The notes below the pieces were generated by a model. The model was given only the letters and a program-made list of their open reading frames with translations. It made no database searches and was not told where the DNA came from. 64,000 nt of DNA, taken from assembly GCA_963514005.1 (NCBI GenBank), contig OY740808.1:6572001-6636000 (forward strand), read 5' to 3'. This stretch comes from Raja brachyura (Eukaryota). The first letter of the stretch is position 1, and the number at the start of each line of letters is the position of its first letter. A program made the position numbers and the translations under genes. Below, one piece after another: positions 50,619 to 62,290 of this stretch.

Positions 50619-51692
50619 TTCCTCCCTCCCCCCCCCCTCTCCCTCCCCCTCTACCCCTCTACCCCTCCTCCCCCTCCCCTCCCCCTTTCCTCCTCCCTCC
50701 ACCCTCCTCCCTTTCCTCCTCCCCCCCTTTCCCCCTCCTCCCCTTTCCCCCTCCTCCCCTTTCCCCCTCCTCCCCTTTCCCCCTCCTCCCCTTTCCCCCT
50801 CCTCCCCTTTCCCCCTCCTCCCCTTTCCCCCTCCCCCCTTTCCTCCCTCCTCCTCCCCTTTCCTCCTCCTCCCCTTTCCCCCTCCTCCCTTTCCTCCCTC
50901 CTCCTCCCCTTTCCTCCTCCTCCCCTTTCCCCCTCCTCCCTTTCCTCCCTCCTCCTCCCCTTTCCCCCTCCTCCCCTTTCCCCCTCCTCCCCTTTCCCCC
51001 TCCTCCCCTTTCCCCCTCCCCCCTTTCCTCCCTCCTCCTCCCCTTTCCTCCTCCTCCCCTTTCCCCCTCCTCCCTTTCCTCCCTCCTCCTCCCCTTTCCC
51101 CCTCCTCCCCTTTCCCCCTCCTCCCCTTTCCCCCTCCTCCCCTTTCCCCCTCCTCCCCTTTCCTCCTCCCCCCCTTTCCCCCTCCTCCCCTTTCCCCCTC
51201 CCCCCCTTTCCCCCTCCCCCCCTTTCCCCCTCCCCCCCCTTTCCTCCTCCCCCCTTTCCTCCTCCCCCCCTTTCCTCATCCCCCTTTCCTCATCCCCCTT
51301 TCCTCATCCCCCTTTCCTCATCCCCCTTTCCTCCTCCACCCTTTCCTCCTCCCCCCCTTCAACCGCCTCCTTCTTCCACCCCCCCCTTGCACCCCACCTC
51401 TCCTTCCCCCCCTCTCCTCCGCCCCTCTCCCCTCCTCCCCCTCACCTCCCCTCCTCCCCCTCACCTCCCCTCTCCCTCCTCCCCCTCCTTCTCCCCTCTC
51501 CCTCCTCCCCCAACCTCTCCTCTCTCCCCCCCTCCCCTCTCCTCCTCCCTCCTCTTTCCTCCTCCTCCCTCTCCTCTCCTCCTCCTCCCTCCCCTCTAAC
51601 CCTCTCCCCCTCCACCTCTCACCCCTTCCTCCCTCCCCTTTCTCCCCTCTCTCCCCCTCTCCCTCCACCCCTCCCATCCTCACTCTCCCCTC
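50619..51692. repeat. ~1.07-kb polypyrimidine/polypurine low-complexity tandem repeat (core ~16-mer ccctttccccctcctc)
   Basis: Almost exclusively C/T on the + strand. Confidence 0.97.
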
Positions 51693-51944
51693 TATGCACA
51701 AATCATAATACTTCTCATCCCATTGCCAACATCATTTAATCTCAGGTCTATGTACAAAGTCAATAAATCTTTCATTAAAAACATTTGAAGAGATGCAACA
51801 AAGTAATAGTAGGGGGAAGGTTCTGTGCTGGTGTGTCTTACAGGAAGGTATGACCTTAACCTCCTAACCCATTTCAGTTGCCAAAACTAGAATTGTAGAA
51901 TAATTGTATTGTTATGACATAGACCATTTGGCCCATCTAGTTAG

Positions 51945-52360
51945 TCATAGAGTGATACAGCGTGGAAACGGGCTCTTTGGCCCAACTTGTCCATACCGAC
52001 CAACATGTTCCATCTACACTAGTCCCTCCTGCCTGCGTTTGGCCCATATCCCTCTAAATCTGTCCTATCCATGTACCTGTCTAATTGTTTCTTAAACGTT
52101 GTGATATTCCCTGCCTTAACTACCTCCGGCAGTTTATTCCATACACCCACCACCCTTTGTGCGAGAAAGTTACCCCTCGGATTCCTATTAAACCTTTCCC
52201 CCTTTACTGTGAACCCATGTCCTCTGGTTCTCGATTCCCCTACCTTGGGCACGAGACTCAGTGTTTACCCTATATATTCCTCTCATGCTTTTATACACCT
52301 CTATAAGATCACCACTCATCCTCCTGCACTCCAAGAAATAGAGTCTCAGTGTGCTCAACC
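51945..52360 (-). mobile_element. CR1 3' fragment
   Basis: GESRTRGHGFTVKGERFNRNPRGNFLAQRVVGVWNKLP. Confidence 0.85.
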
Positions 52361-53423
52361 TGTTAATCAGCATTCCTTGTTATTCCATCAATCACTTGCC
52401 AGGTTTGTCCTGCCACCACCTCTTTACCAGCTTTCTCCCCCTACTATAATCAGCCTCATGAAGGGTCCAGACTGAAACGTCACCTTTTCCATATCCTCCA
52501 GATACTGCCTGACCCACTGAATTAGTCCAGCACTACATTTCCTTGTGTCCATCGGTCATTTACCAGGTTTTGCAGCCCACCCCCCCCACCCCCCAACTCT
52601 CTTCCAGCTTTCTCTCCCCTGCTACAATCAGTCTGAAGAAGGTTCCGTACCCGAAACGTCCCTTCCCTCCACAGATGCTGCGTGAAACTTGTTGGTCTCC
52701 CAGCACAGCGAGATGTCCATCAGGGAATATTGCCGACTGGCCCATTCCACACCGCAGCAGTACATACCGCAGAACTCAATGAAGTTTGCTGCATCCAACA
52801 CCAGGGCTCTGTGTGGTAGGACTTACAATGTTATGCCTTGTGAAATTGTTTTTTTAGTGTTCAGGCATGCGGTTAATTTTCAGAGATTGCATTAACACAG
52901 ATGGTGTGAGTGCCTGGAACGTGCTGCTGGGGGTGCTGGCTGAAGCAGATGCGAGAGTGGCATTCAGGATGCTGTTAGATAGTCATGTGGATATGAAGGG
53001 ATATGGATTATGTGCAGGCAGATAAGAGCTGGTCTTGGCATCATGTTCGACACAGACATTGTGAGCTGAAGGGCCTGTTCTTGTGTTGTACTGCTCCATG
53101 TTCGATGAATAGAAAAATATGCAATATATGACTGCACCTTTTTTACTAAAGAATCTTTTTTTCAAGTGGTTCACCGCTAAAATGCACAAACTGCTGCAAT
53201 ACCAAGCCATGAAATTGGAAAAGCTTCATTGTATGAATCAACATTGTGGCATTTCTACAACCACACAACGTTCAGGCAATAACAATGTGATTATCAGTAT
53301 ACAAATTGCTTTTCATAGTTCAGTGCAAGTTCCTTTTTCAAGATGCTTGTGTGGACTCATGAGTGGTTCTGACTTGGAAATATATTGTACGAGTATATGT
53401 ACCAGAACGTCTGCAGTGGTTCA

Positions 53424-53985
53424 AGGGCAGCACGGTGGCACAGTGGTAGCACAGCTGCCACACAGCGCCAAAGAAATATAGAAACATAGAAAATAGGTGC
53501 AGGAGTAGGCCATGGCTGATCATCCAAAATTAGTACCCAGTTCCAGCTTTTTCCCCATATCCCTTGAGAGCTAAATCAGTGCCACAGAAGGCTTCCATTG
53601 CCTTCTGTGGCAGAGAATTCTACAGATTCACAACTCTCTGGGTAAAAAAGTTTTTCCTCATATCAGTACTAAATGGCCTACCCCTTACTCTTAAACTATG
53701 ACCCCAGGTTCTGGACTCGCCAACATCAGGAAGATTTTTCCTGGGTTCGATCTGACTACAGCAGTTGCTGTGTGTGCAGAGTTTGTACATTCTCCCTGTG
53801 ACCCGGGTGGGTTTTCTCCCGGTGCTCCGGTTTCCTCCCACACTCAAAAGGTGTGCAGGTTTGCAGGCTAATTGCCCGTAGTGTGTAGGATGTGAGGGTG
53901 GGATAAGTGTACAGGTGATCAATGGTCGGTGTGGACTCGGTGGGCCAAAGGACGTGTTTCCACGTTGTATCTCTAAACTAAACTA
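53424..53985 (+). mobile_element. tRNA-derived SINE split between its A and B boxes by an antisense CR1 3' fragment (about 53473-53739)
   Basis: The head stops at cagcgccaaaga and resumes at cctgggttcgat. Confidence 0.75.
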
Positions 53986-55259
53986 AGCAGGTCACCACTA
54001 TTTCTCAGATAGTTTTTTTAATAATCCATGGGCATCATAATGATGTACATTTTGTCCATTCCTTCACTCATTAGGATTCCAAGACATGCCAGAGACAACT
54101 GCCCTGGCTTTTGATTAAGGCATGTCACTGTATAAAACTATATAACTTTCTTTGCTTTGATCAATGTTTCACCACTATCCTTTTAATGCCATGGTGAAGA
54201 ACCAGATTGAGAAAAAAATGATCATAAGGTCATAAGTAATAGGAGCAGAATTAGGCCATTCGGACCATCAAGTCTAGTCCACCATTCAATCATGGCTGAT
54301 CTATTTCTCCGTCCTAACCCCATTCTCCTGCCTTTTCCCCATAACCCCCTCACCCGTACTAATCAAGAATCTATCCATCTCTGCTTTAAAATAATGTCTG
54401 TGCAAGGAATTCTACAGATTCACTACCCTTCATGATCTCTGGCTAACGTCTCTCCTTCTCACATCTCTCTACTTACATCAATCGTGCATAAGCCTGTTCA
54501 CAAGGTAATCTGAACCCACCTTAACTGTGGTCTGATGGAGATGTATTTATCAAAAGCCACACTCAAAGTCAGGTGTATTCAAATTGCTCTTTGTACATGA
54601 AACACAAGACTGTTGGACATGCACCTATATCTGAAACGTCACCCATTCCTTCTATCCAAAGATGCTGCCTTTCCCGCTGAGTTACTCCGGCATTTTGTGT
54701 CAACCTTCACCTACTGTACATCTTGCAACAGTTTGATATAACCAGTTGTCACTTTACATTTTATTCATTATTTCAGAATGTTAACAACAAAGGGAATGGA
54801 TGGATTTAACTCGATACACTCTTCAAAGTTTACAAAGATTATATCTGTTATTTTACAAAATCTTTGTTAAAAAATATTCAGAACCTGCAACTTATTTTTT
54901 AAGAACACGTCTCCAAAAAAAAAAAACAGGATCTTACTTATGTTAACCTGTGTCAACTTGCATTGGTATAATGTTTTGAGTTTTGTAATTGGTTAATGAC
55001 TTTATAATTATAGTATTAGTGACATTGAGTTCCTTCAAGCTAACAAGCCAGATTTAATTTGTTTCCTTACTCCAATGCATGAAGTCGATGTATTGTTCAC
55101 GACAGTTGTTAAAATGGGTACCGTAATTTGTGGTTAAATGGCGTAACTTTTATTGTTCATGTTTACCCCCTTCTTTCAAACATGCTAGTTTAATTGGTGC
55201 AGTATTTCACCTGAGTAACTGTGTTTCATATGTGAATCAAGACAAGAACAGTCTTCTAC

Positions 55260-55789
55260 AGGGGCTGTCCCACTTGGGCGACCTAATTGGCGAGTTTAGA
55301 AGAGTTTGAAAAAATGACAGGTTGAAGACCTTCGACTGTGTGGGAGACCTCCTTCGACCTCCTTCGACAGTGTTGAAGACCATTTTCGACTAGCTACGAC
55401 TAACTTCGGGAACATTGGACGCCATAATAGTGGAGAGTGAAGACGACCTCCTTAGATCACCTTCGACCTCCCTTCGACTACGATGAAGACTATCTACGAC
55501 TACCCTCGATTACCTACGACTAACATGCCGACCTATTACAACTAAACCTACGAGTAAAAAAGGTATCGTTTTTTTCCATGGCGACCTTTTTTTACTCGAG
55601 GGCATTTTTCAATATATTGAAAAAAACGGCGCGACCTAGCTGAGGCCTTGAGTACGCGGAGACCATTCTCGAGCATGAAGGAGAGTTACGAAGACCTCCT
55701 ACGACCTCCTGTCGACCATGCTGCGAGTATGAGTCGAGGGCAAACTCGCCAGAACTCGCGGATTAGGTCGCCCAAGTGGGACAGGCCCT
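55260..55789. mobile_element. PIF/Harbinger-like MITE with internal (t/a)cgac repeats
   Basis: TIRs aggggctgtcccacttgggcgacctaat / attaggtcgcccaagtgggacaggccct; TSD not preserved. Confidence 0.8.
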
Positions 55790-56122
55790 TTGCAACTTAA
55801 TTTCCAAGGGACTTGCAGTAAACATATCTTAGACAGCTGCTCGCTGCAATATCACTGTCCAAACACCAGGTGACAGTACTGTTCTTCGAACCCCTCACTT
55901 TGAGAGGACTTTGCTTAGACTGTTACAAAGTTTGAATCTTGGGGTGTGACAGGTTGCTGAGATTCTGATTCTGAAAGCTTTCGTTACAAACTTTTCAAGT
56001 TCTCAAAGGCAGCACAGAGGCACAGCTGGTAGAGTTGCTGCGTCACAGCGCCAGAGACCCGGGATCGGTTGTGACCTCGGGTGCTGCCTGAAACCCCTTA
56101 AAATGTAAAGCATGGTCTTTCG

Positions 56123-56413
56123 ATTAGATTTTAGACTTTCGAGATATGGTGCAAATGCAAGCCCTTCGGCCCACCGAGTCCAGTGATCACCCCATAACTA
56201 GCACAATCCTACATGCTAGGGACAATTTACAATTGTAACAAAGCCTATTAACCTATAAACCTGTTGGTCTTTGGAGTTGTGAGGAAACCAGAGCACCCGG
56301 AAAAAACCCACATGGTCACAGGTAGAACGTACAAGCTCCGTACGGTCAGCACCCGTAGTCAGGATTGAACCCGGGTCTCTGGCGCTGTGAGGCAGCAACT
56401 CTACCGCTGCGCC
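56123..56413 (-). mobile_element. tRNA-derived SINE
   Basis: Reverse complement of the same family. Confidence 0.8.
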
Positions 56414-56728
56414 GATACTTTGAGATATAAGTTCAGGTGGCAACAGCTAATTTAAAATTTGAACGCATGGGTCATGTATCAGAATTTATCAGGGACAAAT
56501 TCAGTTGGGAGAAAAAAATATTATTTTGTGCACCACAGGAATTACAAAGGAATAAAGTGAAAGGTCCCACTATCTATGTCATTTACTAATAATGTATTTA
56601 TATATATCCTGCTCTTTTCTGAACTATCCTCAGATTTCCTTGATCCAGTTCATATTTTTGTTCTCGCTGAAGGCAGAAGGTTAAGTTTATCAACAGAAGT
56701 TACTCCATTTTCCAGATCCCACCTGGAA

Positions 56729-56935
56729 GATAGACACAGAATGTTGGAATAACTCAGCGGGTCAGGCAGCAGCCCTGGAGAAAAAGAATAGGTGACGTTT
56801 CGGGTCGGGACCCTTCTTCAGGCTCAACACGAAACGCCACCTTTTCTCCAGAGACGATGCCTGACCTGCTGAGTTACTCCAGCTTTTTGTGTCTATCTTT
56901 GGTGTAAACCAGCATCTGCAGTTCCTTCCTACACA
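56729..56935. mobile_element. Fold-back Penelope-derived short element downstream of the slc6a4b stop
   Basis: gatagacaca...tgtgtctatc inverted arms; hammerhead core on - at about 56791-56822. Confidence 0.75.
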
Positions 56936-57013
56936 TTTCTGTAATGGGACTTTGTTTTAAAATTCCATACAAATAAATAAAGTTTAGTTTTGAAATATGA
57001 TGTGTACAAGGAA

Positions 57014-57094
57014 TTACGGGATGGCATTCATGCAGAGGGAGTCGGGCTTCTCGTCTTTGATTGGCTTCTCTGGGCGAAGACAGATTGCCAGACG
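57014..57094 (-). CDS. slc6a4b: Serotonin transporter (slc6a4b-type) terminal exon RLAICLRPEKPIKDEKPDSLCMNAIP*
   Basis: ttttctccacacag acceptor, TAA at 57014; resembles the recalled fish slc6a4b tail RLAVCLRPE. Confidence 0.85.
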   Translation of the reverse strand, partial: RLAICLRPEKPIKDEKPDSLCMNAIP

Positions 57095-57169
57095 CTGTGT
57101 GGAGAAAAGAAAAGTAACATATAAATATCACAAGACCAGAAATGAAGATAGTTATTAATAGTTTAATTA

Positions 57170-57775
57170 CACACACTGCCGCACTGGTGAGTAAGGCCAG
57201 GCAGCGCCTTTACCACCTCAGGCAGCTGAGGAAATTCAGAGTCTCTCTGTGGATCCTTCAGTGCTTCTACTCTGGGGCTGTAGAAAGCATCTTGTTCGGC
57301 AACATCACAAACTGGTTTGGGAACAGCTCTGCCCAGGACAGGAAGGCTCTGCAGAGAGCAGTGTGTTCAGCCGAACGCACTATGGGAACTTCACCCTCCC
57401 CCCTACAGGACCTATACACCAGGAGGTGCAGATCCAGAGCCAGCAACATTATGGGGGACCCTCACCACCTCAGACTGTTCCAGCTGCTACGGTCAGGCAA
57501 ACGCCTCCGCTGTCACGCTGTGAAAACAGAGAGGATGAGACGGAGTTTCTTCCCACAGGCCGTCAGGACTGTAAACTCTTATCTCACCAGGGACTAATTT
57601 ACTGTACTAGTTTACTGTTGTGCTGTGTCTTTTGTAAAAAAATATTTTCTAGCATATAAATACCGATTCTGTTCTATTCTGCGCTGTAGTTTTTGCACAA
57701 TCCGCAGGCATTGCCACTTTCATTTCACTGCACATCTTGTATGTGTATGTGACAAATAAAGTTGACTTGACTTGA
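57170..57775 (+). mobile_element. Rex1/Babar-like LINE 3' fragment in the last slc6a4b intron
   Basis: KARQRLYHLRQLRKF..FYSGAVESIL..RRSFFPQAVR; tail tgacaaataaagttgacttgacttga. Confidence 0.85.
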
Positions 57776-59724
57776 ATTAGACAAAATGATGCTGGTAATG
57801 TGGCGACGTGTACAGTATGTATACAAACAAAGTAATTCCACTGTACCCCGGTCTGTACATGTGACAATAAAGTACCACTGAACCTGTAAATGATCTAGAA
57901 AGTTTGCTTCTTTACGTTAATATTGGAACCTTGTATCGTACAATACCGTGCAAGGTGCCAACATTGTGAATAGGAATAGAGTTTTAATGGATATAAAGCA
58001 ATTTTGGAAACATGTGGGTAATATAATGAATTGGGAACATCCGGTTGATGTAGCAGACACGACAAGTTAATAAGCGATAGGAGCGGAATTAGGCCATTCG
58101 GCCCATCAACTCTACTCCTTCATTCATTCATGGCTGATCTATCTTTCCCTCTGAAACCCATTCTCCTGCCTTCTCCCCTTAACTCCTGACATGATGGGCT
58201 GAATGGCCTAACATTGCTCCTTCGTCTTATGCTGCCTTGAAAATGTTCGATGCCTTCAGGTTTTATATTGAGTCAGTTGAGCTGTCTCAGCACAATTCCT
58301 ATAGACCAAGTCCGAGTGTGAAATAATCCATCATTTAGAAACTAAACTGCCCATTTCACTCAGATGGGCAACATTGTAGTTAGTTTTGAATAATTCCAGC
58401 GCAAAAGAAAATCCAGTTGCACAGTTAGACTGGAGAAGCTGCAATTTTCCCCTTGGAATAACGAAGGTTGAGAGATTATTTAAAAACAAAGGAACTGCAG
58501 ATGCTGGTTTACACAAAAGGACACAAAGTGCTGGAGTAACCCAACGGCTCAGGTCGAGTCTCTGGAGAACATGAATCGGTGACGTTTCAGGTTGGGACCT
58601 TTCTTCGGACCGAAGAAGGGTCCTGACCTGGAGCATCACCTATTCATATTCTCCAGAGATGCTGCCTGATCCGCTGAGTTACTACTCCAGCACTTTGTGT
58701 CCTTTTGAGAGAACATTTAATGGATGTGTGGAAGATTACGATGGATTTTGATAGGATGGACAGAGAGAAGTGGTCTGCATTAGTGAAAGATTTGAGCACT
58801 AAGGGAGTAGCTCCAAAATGATGAGAACTGGCATATTTAGACGTAGAGTGGTGGTGATGCAGAGTTTGCAACCTGCAAGAGGAGTGATCAATAATCAATC
58901 AGGGCTTTCAAAAGGGAAGTTACAATTTAAGGGAAGATTAGCAGTGCCAGTGGGACTGAATGCAGGGACACAGTATTGATCAGATGCGTCAAAATGCAAT
59001 AATAATCATTCTACAATCCTACTGGGAGAAACCTGTCGTTTCAGATCACAGCTTTAGGTTAGGCTTTCAAAATATTGCTAATATTACAAATTACTTGGTT
59101 AATATCAAATTGCTGTTTGAGAAAGATTACTATGGGGAAAAAAGATACATGGTGCTGGAGTTCCTCAGCAGGTTAGGCAGCATCTCTGGAGAATATGAAG
59201 AAAGGAACTGCAGGTGCTGGTTTATATCAAAGATAGACACAAAATGCTGGAGTAACTCAGCGGGTCACGCAGCATCTCCGAAGAAAAGGAATAGGTGGCG
59301 TTTCCGAGCCTGAAGAAGGGTTCCGACCTGAAACATCACCTATTGCTTTTCTCCATAGATGCTGCCTGACCCATTGAGTTACTCCAGCATTTGGTGCCTA
59401 GCATCTCTGGGGAACATGGATAGCTGACAATTCGGGTTGGGACCCTTCTTCAGACTGAAAATAAACTAGCTGTCACATTTCTTACATGAAAAGAACTTAA
59501 AAGGCATCTCTTTTTTTCTACTTAACGAGATTACATAAATTATGTTGAAATTTGGAAACTGGCTTCATAGATCTTGTAATAAGGGATGCTAGTGATCAAG
59601 AACACAATAGTTTTCAATGAGTTGTCAACATAAACTAATCCCAGGTCGATGTATAAAATAAAGACTTTCAATCAGATCGTTGAATGGTCAACATCCCTTG
59701 GCTTAGTTTGATCCATAAGATGAG

Positions 59725-60085
59725 TACAAAATCGTGAGAGGAATAGAGTGGGTAAACACACAGAGTCTCTTGCCAAAGGTATGGGAATCAAGAAACAGAA
59801 GGCATAGGTTTCAGGTGAGGGGGGAAAGATTTAATAGGAACCTGAGGGGTGACATCTTTACACAAAGGGTGGTGGTTGTATGGAACGAGCTGCCGGAAGA
59901 GTTAGTTGAGGCAGGTATTATTGCAATCTATAATGAAACATTTAGACAGGTACATGGATGGGATAGGTTTAGAGGTATATGGGCCAAACGCGTGCAGGTG
60001 GGACTAATGTAGATTGGGACATGTTGGCTGGTGTAGGCAGGTTGGGGCAAAGGACCTGTTTCTACGCTGTAAGATTTTATGACTC
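59725..60085 (+). mobile_element. CR1 3' fragment
   Basis: RFNRNLRGDIFTQRVVVVWNELP. Confidence 0.85.
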
Positions 60086-61032
60086 TGTTTAGATTTATTA
60101 TTGTCACTGTGTACCGAGGTACAGTGAAAAGCTTTGTTTTCACGCTATACGGACATATCAGATACATCATACATGAGTACAGTCAGTTCAAATTTAAGTA
60201 CTGTGAGAAAGAACCGCAGATGCTGGATAAAATCGAAGGGCAAACACAAAAATGCTGGATTAACTCAGCGGGTGAGGCAGCATCTATGAAGAGAAGGAAT
60301 GGGTGATATCACCCGCTGAGTTACTCCAGCATTTTGTGTCTGCCTTCAAATTAAAGTACGATAGAGCAAAGGGGAATATACAGAAGTTCTCAATATACAT
60401 TGTCGGCTTCAGTTCCATAAACCTTTACTATTAGGTAGGAATTATGGCAGCCAGTCTTTGCACAGTAGCTTCCTCAAAAAACAATGTGATAATAACCAAA
60501 TAATCTGAGAAGTTTAATATATTAAAAATAATTTGTAATATTTAGTCAGGGTTAAGCATTATCCAGGACACAATGGACAACCACGACGCTCTGCTTTGTA
60601 ATTGGGGTATTTTATTACTTCCAGGCGAGAGGGCAGATGACCGAGACCTGGGTGACATAGAGGTGCAGCGGGTAGAGCTGCTGCCTCACAGCGCCGGAGA
60701 TCAGGGTTAGATTCTGACCTTGGGTGCTGTCTGTGTGAGGTTTGCAAAGTTTAAAGGAGATACGCTGGGCAAATGTTTTCCACAGATTGGCGAGTGCCTG
60801 GAACACGCTGCCAGGGGTAGTGGTCGAGGCAGATGCAATAGTGGCATTTACGAAACTTTTAGATAGGCTTATGGATGTGCAGGGAATAGATATGGATTAC
60901 GTGCAGGCAATAAGGGTCGGTATTGGCATCATGTACGATGCAGACATTGTTGGCCGAAGGGCCTGTTCTTGTGCTGTAGTGTTGAATGGTCTATGTTCTA
61001 TGAGGGCAGTGGGGAAGTTAGTACATTCTTAC

Positions 61033-61200
61033 CTGTTTAAGAGATCCTGGTGTCCATACCAGTTTATACACCATGTATATTGGGATCCACATAAAGGATG
61101 AAGCTCCGATCAAATATCCTGCTGTTATAGTCCAGTCTGGATAATCATAGCCAAAGAGACTGAGAGGGGGCTGGTACACAATGGAGCTCACTGTAATGAA
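61033..61200 (-). CDS. slc6a4b: slc6a4b-type exon (TM11-TM12, FITVSSIVYQPPLSLFGYDYPDW...WIPIYMVYKLVWTPGSLKQ)
   Basis: 168 nt, cag/gtaag boundaries; SSFMWIPIYMVYKLVWTPGSLKQ resembles slc6a4b. Confidence 0.9.
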
Positions 61201-62189
61201 CTGAAATCAGACACAAAATGGACATTGTAAATCCATATCAAATAAATAAATAAATGCATGTAAATGGATGGGTGGTTTTGATTTTCCAGTCTTATTGTAG
61301 GTCTTTTTAAATAACTGCTCTCCCTGGCAAAAAATATCACTCACTGTTCCTAATCTGGCACTGATGACTCTTTCAAATCAACGACCATTTGAGGGTGTAT
61401 TAGAAGATAGACACAAGAAGCTGGAGTAACTCAGTGGGTCTGGCAACATCGCTGGAGAACATGGTTCGGGTCAGGACCCTTCTTCGCACGGGGCACGGCT
61501 GGAGTGACTCAGCGGGAAGTTGCAGAGAATTGTGGACGCATCCCTTCCATTGACTCCATTCACTCTTCACATTGCCTGGGTAAGGCCACCAGCATAATCA
61601 AGGATGAGTCCATTCTCCCCTCTCCCATCAGGCAAGAGGTACAGAAGTGTGAAAACTCACACCTCCAGATTCAGGGACAGTTTCTTCCCAGCTGGTATCA
61701 GACAACTGAACCATCAGGGGTCTTGAGCTGCTATCTACCTCATTGCAGAAACCTTGAACTATTTTTAATCGGACTTCACTGAATTTTGTCTTGCACTAAA
61801 CGTTATTCCCGTTATCATGTATCCATACACTGTCGATGGCTTGATTGTAATCATGAATTGACTCTCCACTGACTGGTTAGCACACAACAAAAGTTTTTCA
61901 CTGTACCTTGGTATATGCGACAGTAATCTAAACTAAACATTTGTGGAGAACATGGCTAGGTGACGCTTCTTCAGCCCGCCCAGTCCATAGAAGTGTCCTG
62001 ACCAAAACGTCACCTATCCATGTTTTCCACAGATGCCGCCCGACCCGCTGTGTTAATCCAGCACTTTGTGTCCTTTTGTGTGAACTTTTTTGTTTCTACA
62101 TGGAGCGGGGGGGGGGGGGGGGGGGGGGGGTAGCCCTTAGAAGGAAACAAGGGGGTACTTTTCTCATGGGCAACAGCTTTGTTACTCAC

Positions 62190-62290
62190 GGCAAGAAAGG
62201 CAGGGCTAATGCCCACCCAACAAATCCTCCAATACAGCCCCGGTGAGAAGCCCAACATTGTCTTGATGTCGTCGCAGAATTGCTGGACCC
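62190..62290 (-). CDS. slc6a4b: slc6a4b-type exon ([33 protein letters not shown])
   Basis: 101 nt, cag/gtgagt boundaries, [16 protein letters not shown] motif. Confidence 0.9.

Noticed and set aside
50533-51739. Long Pro/Ser-rich and Gly/Glu/Arg-rich ORFs (up to 397 aa)
   Set aside because: Artefacts of a C/T-only repeat that cannot contain stop codons; no splice or homology support.
55320-55550. Short interspersed cgac repeats resembling a CRISPR-like array
   Set aside because: Degenerate, no constant repeat/spacer length, eukaryotic context, and inside a MITE.
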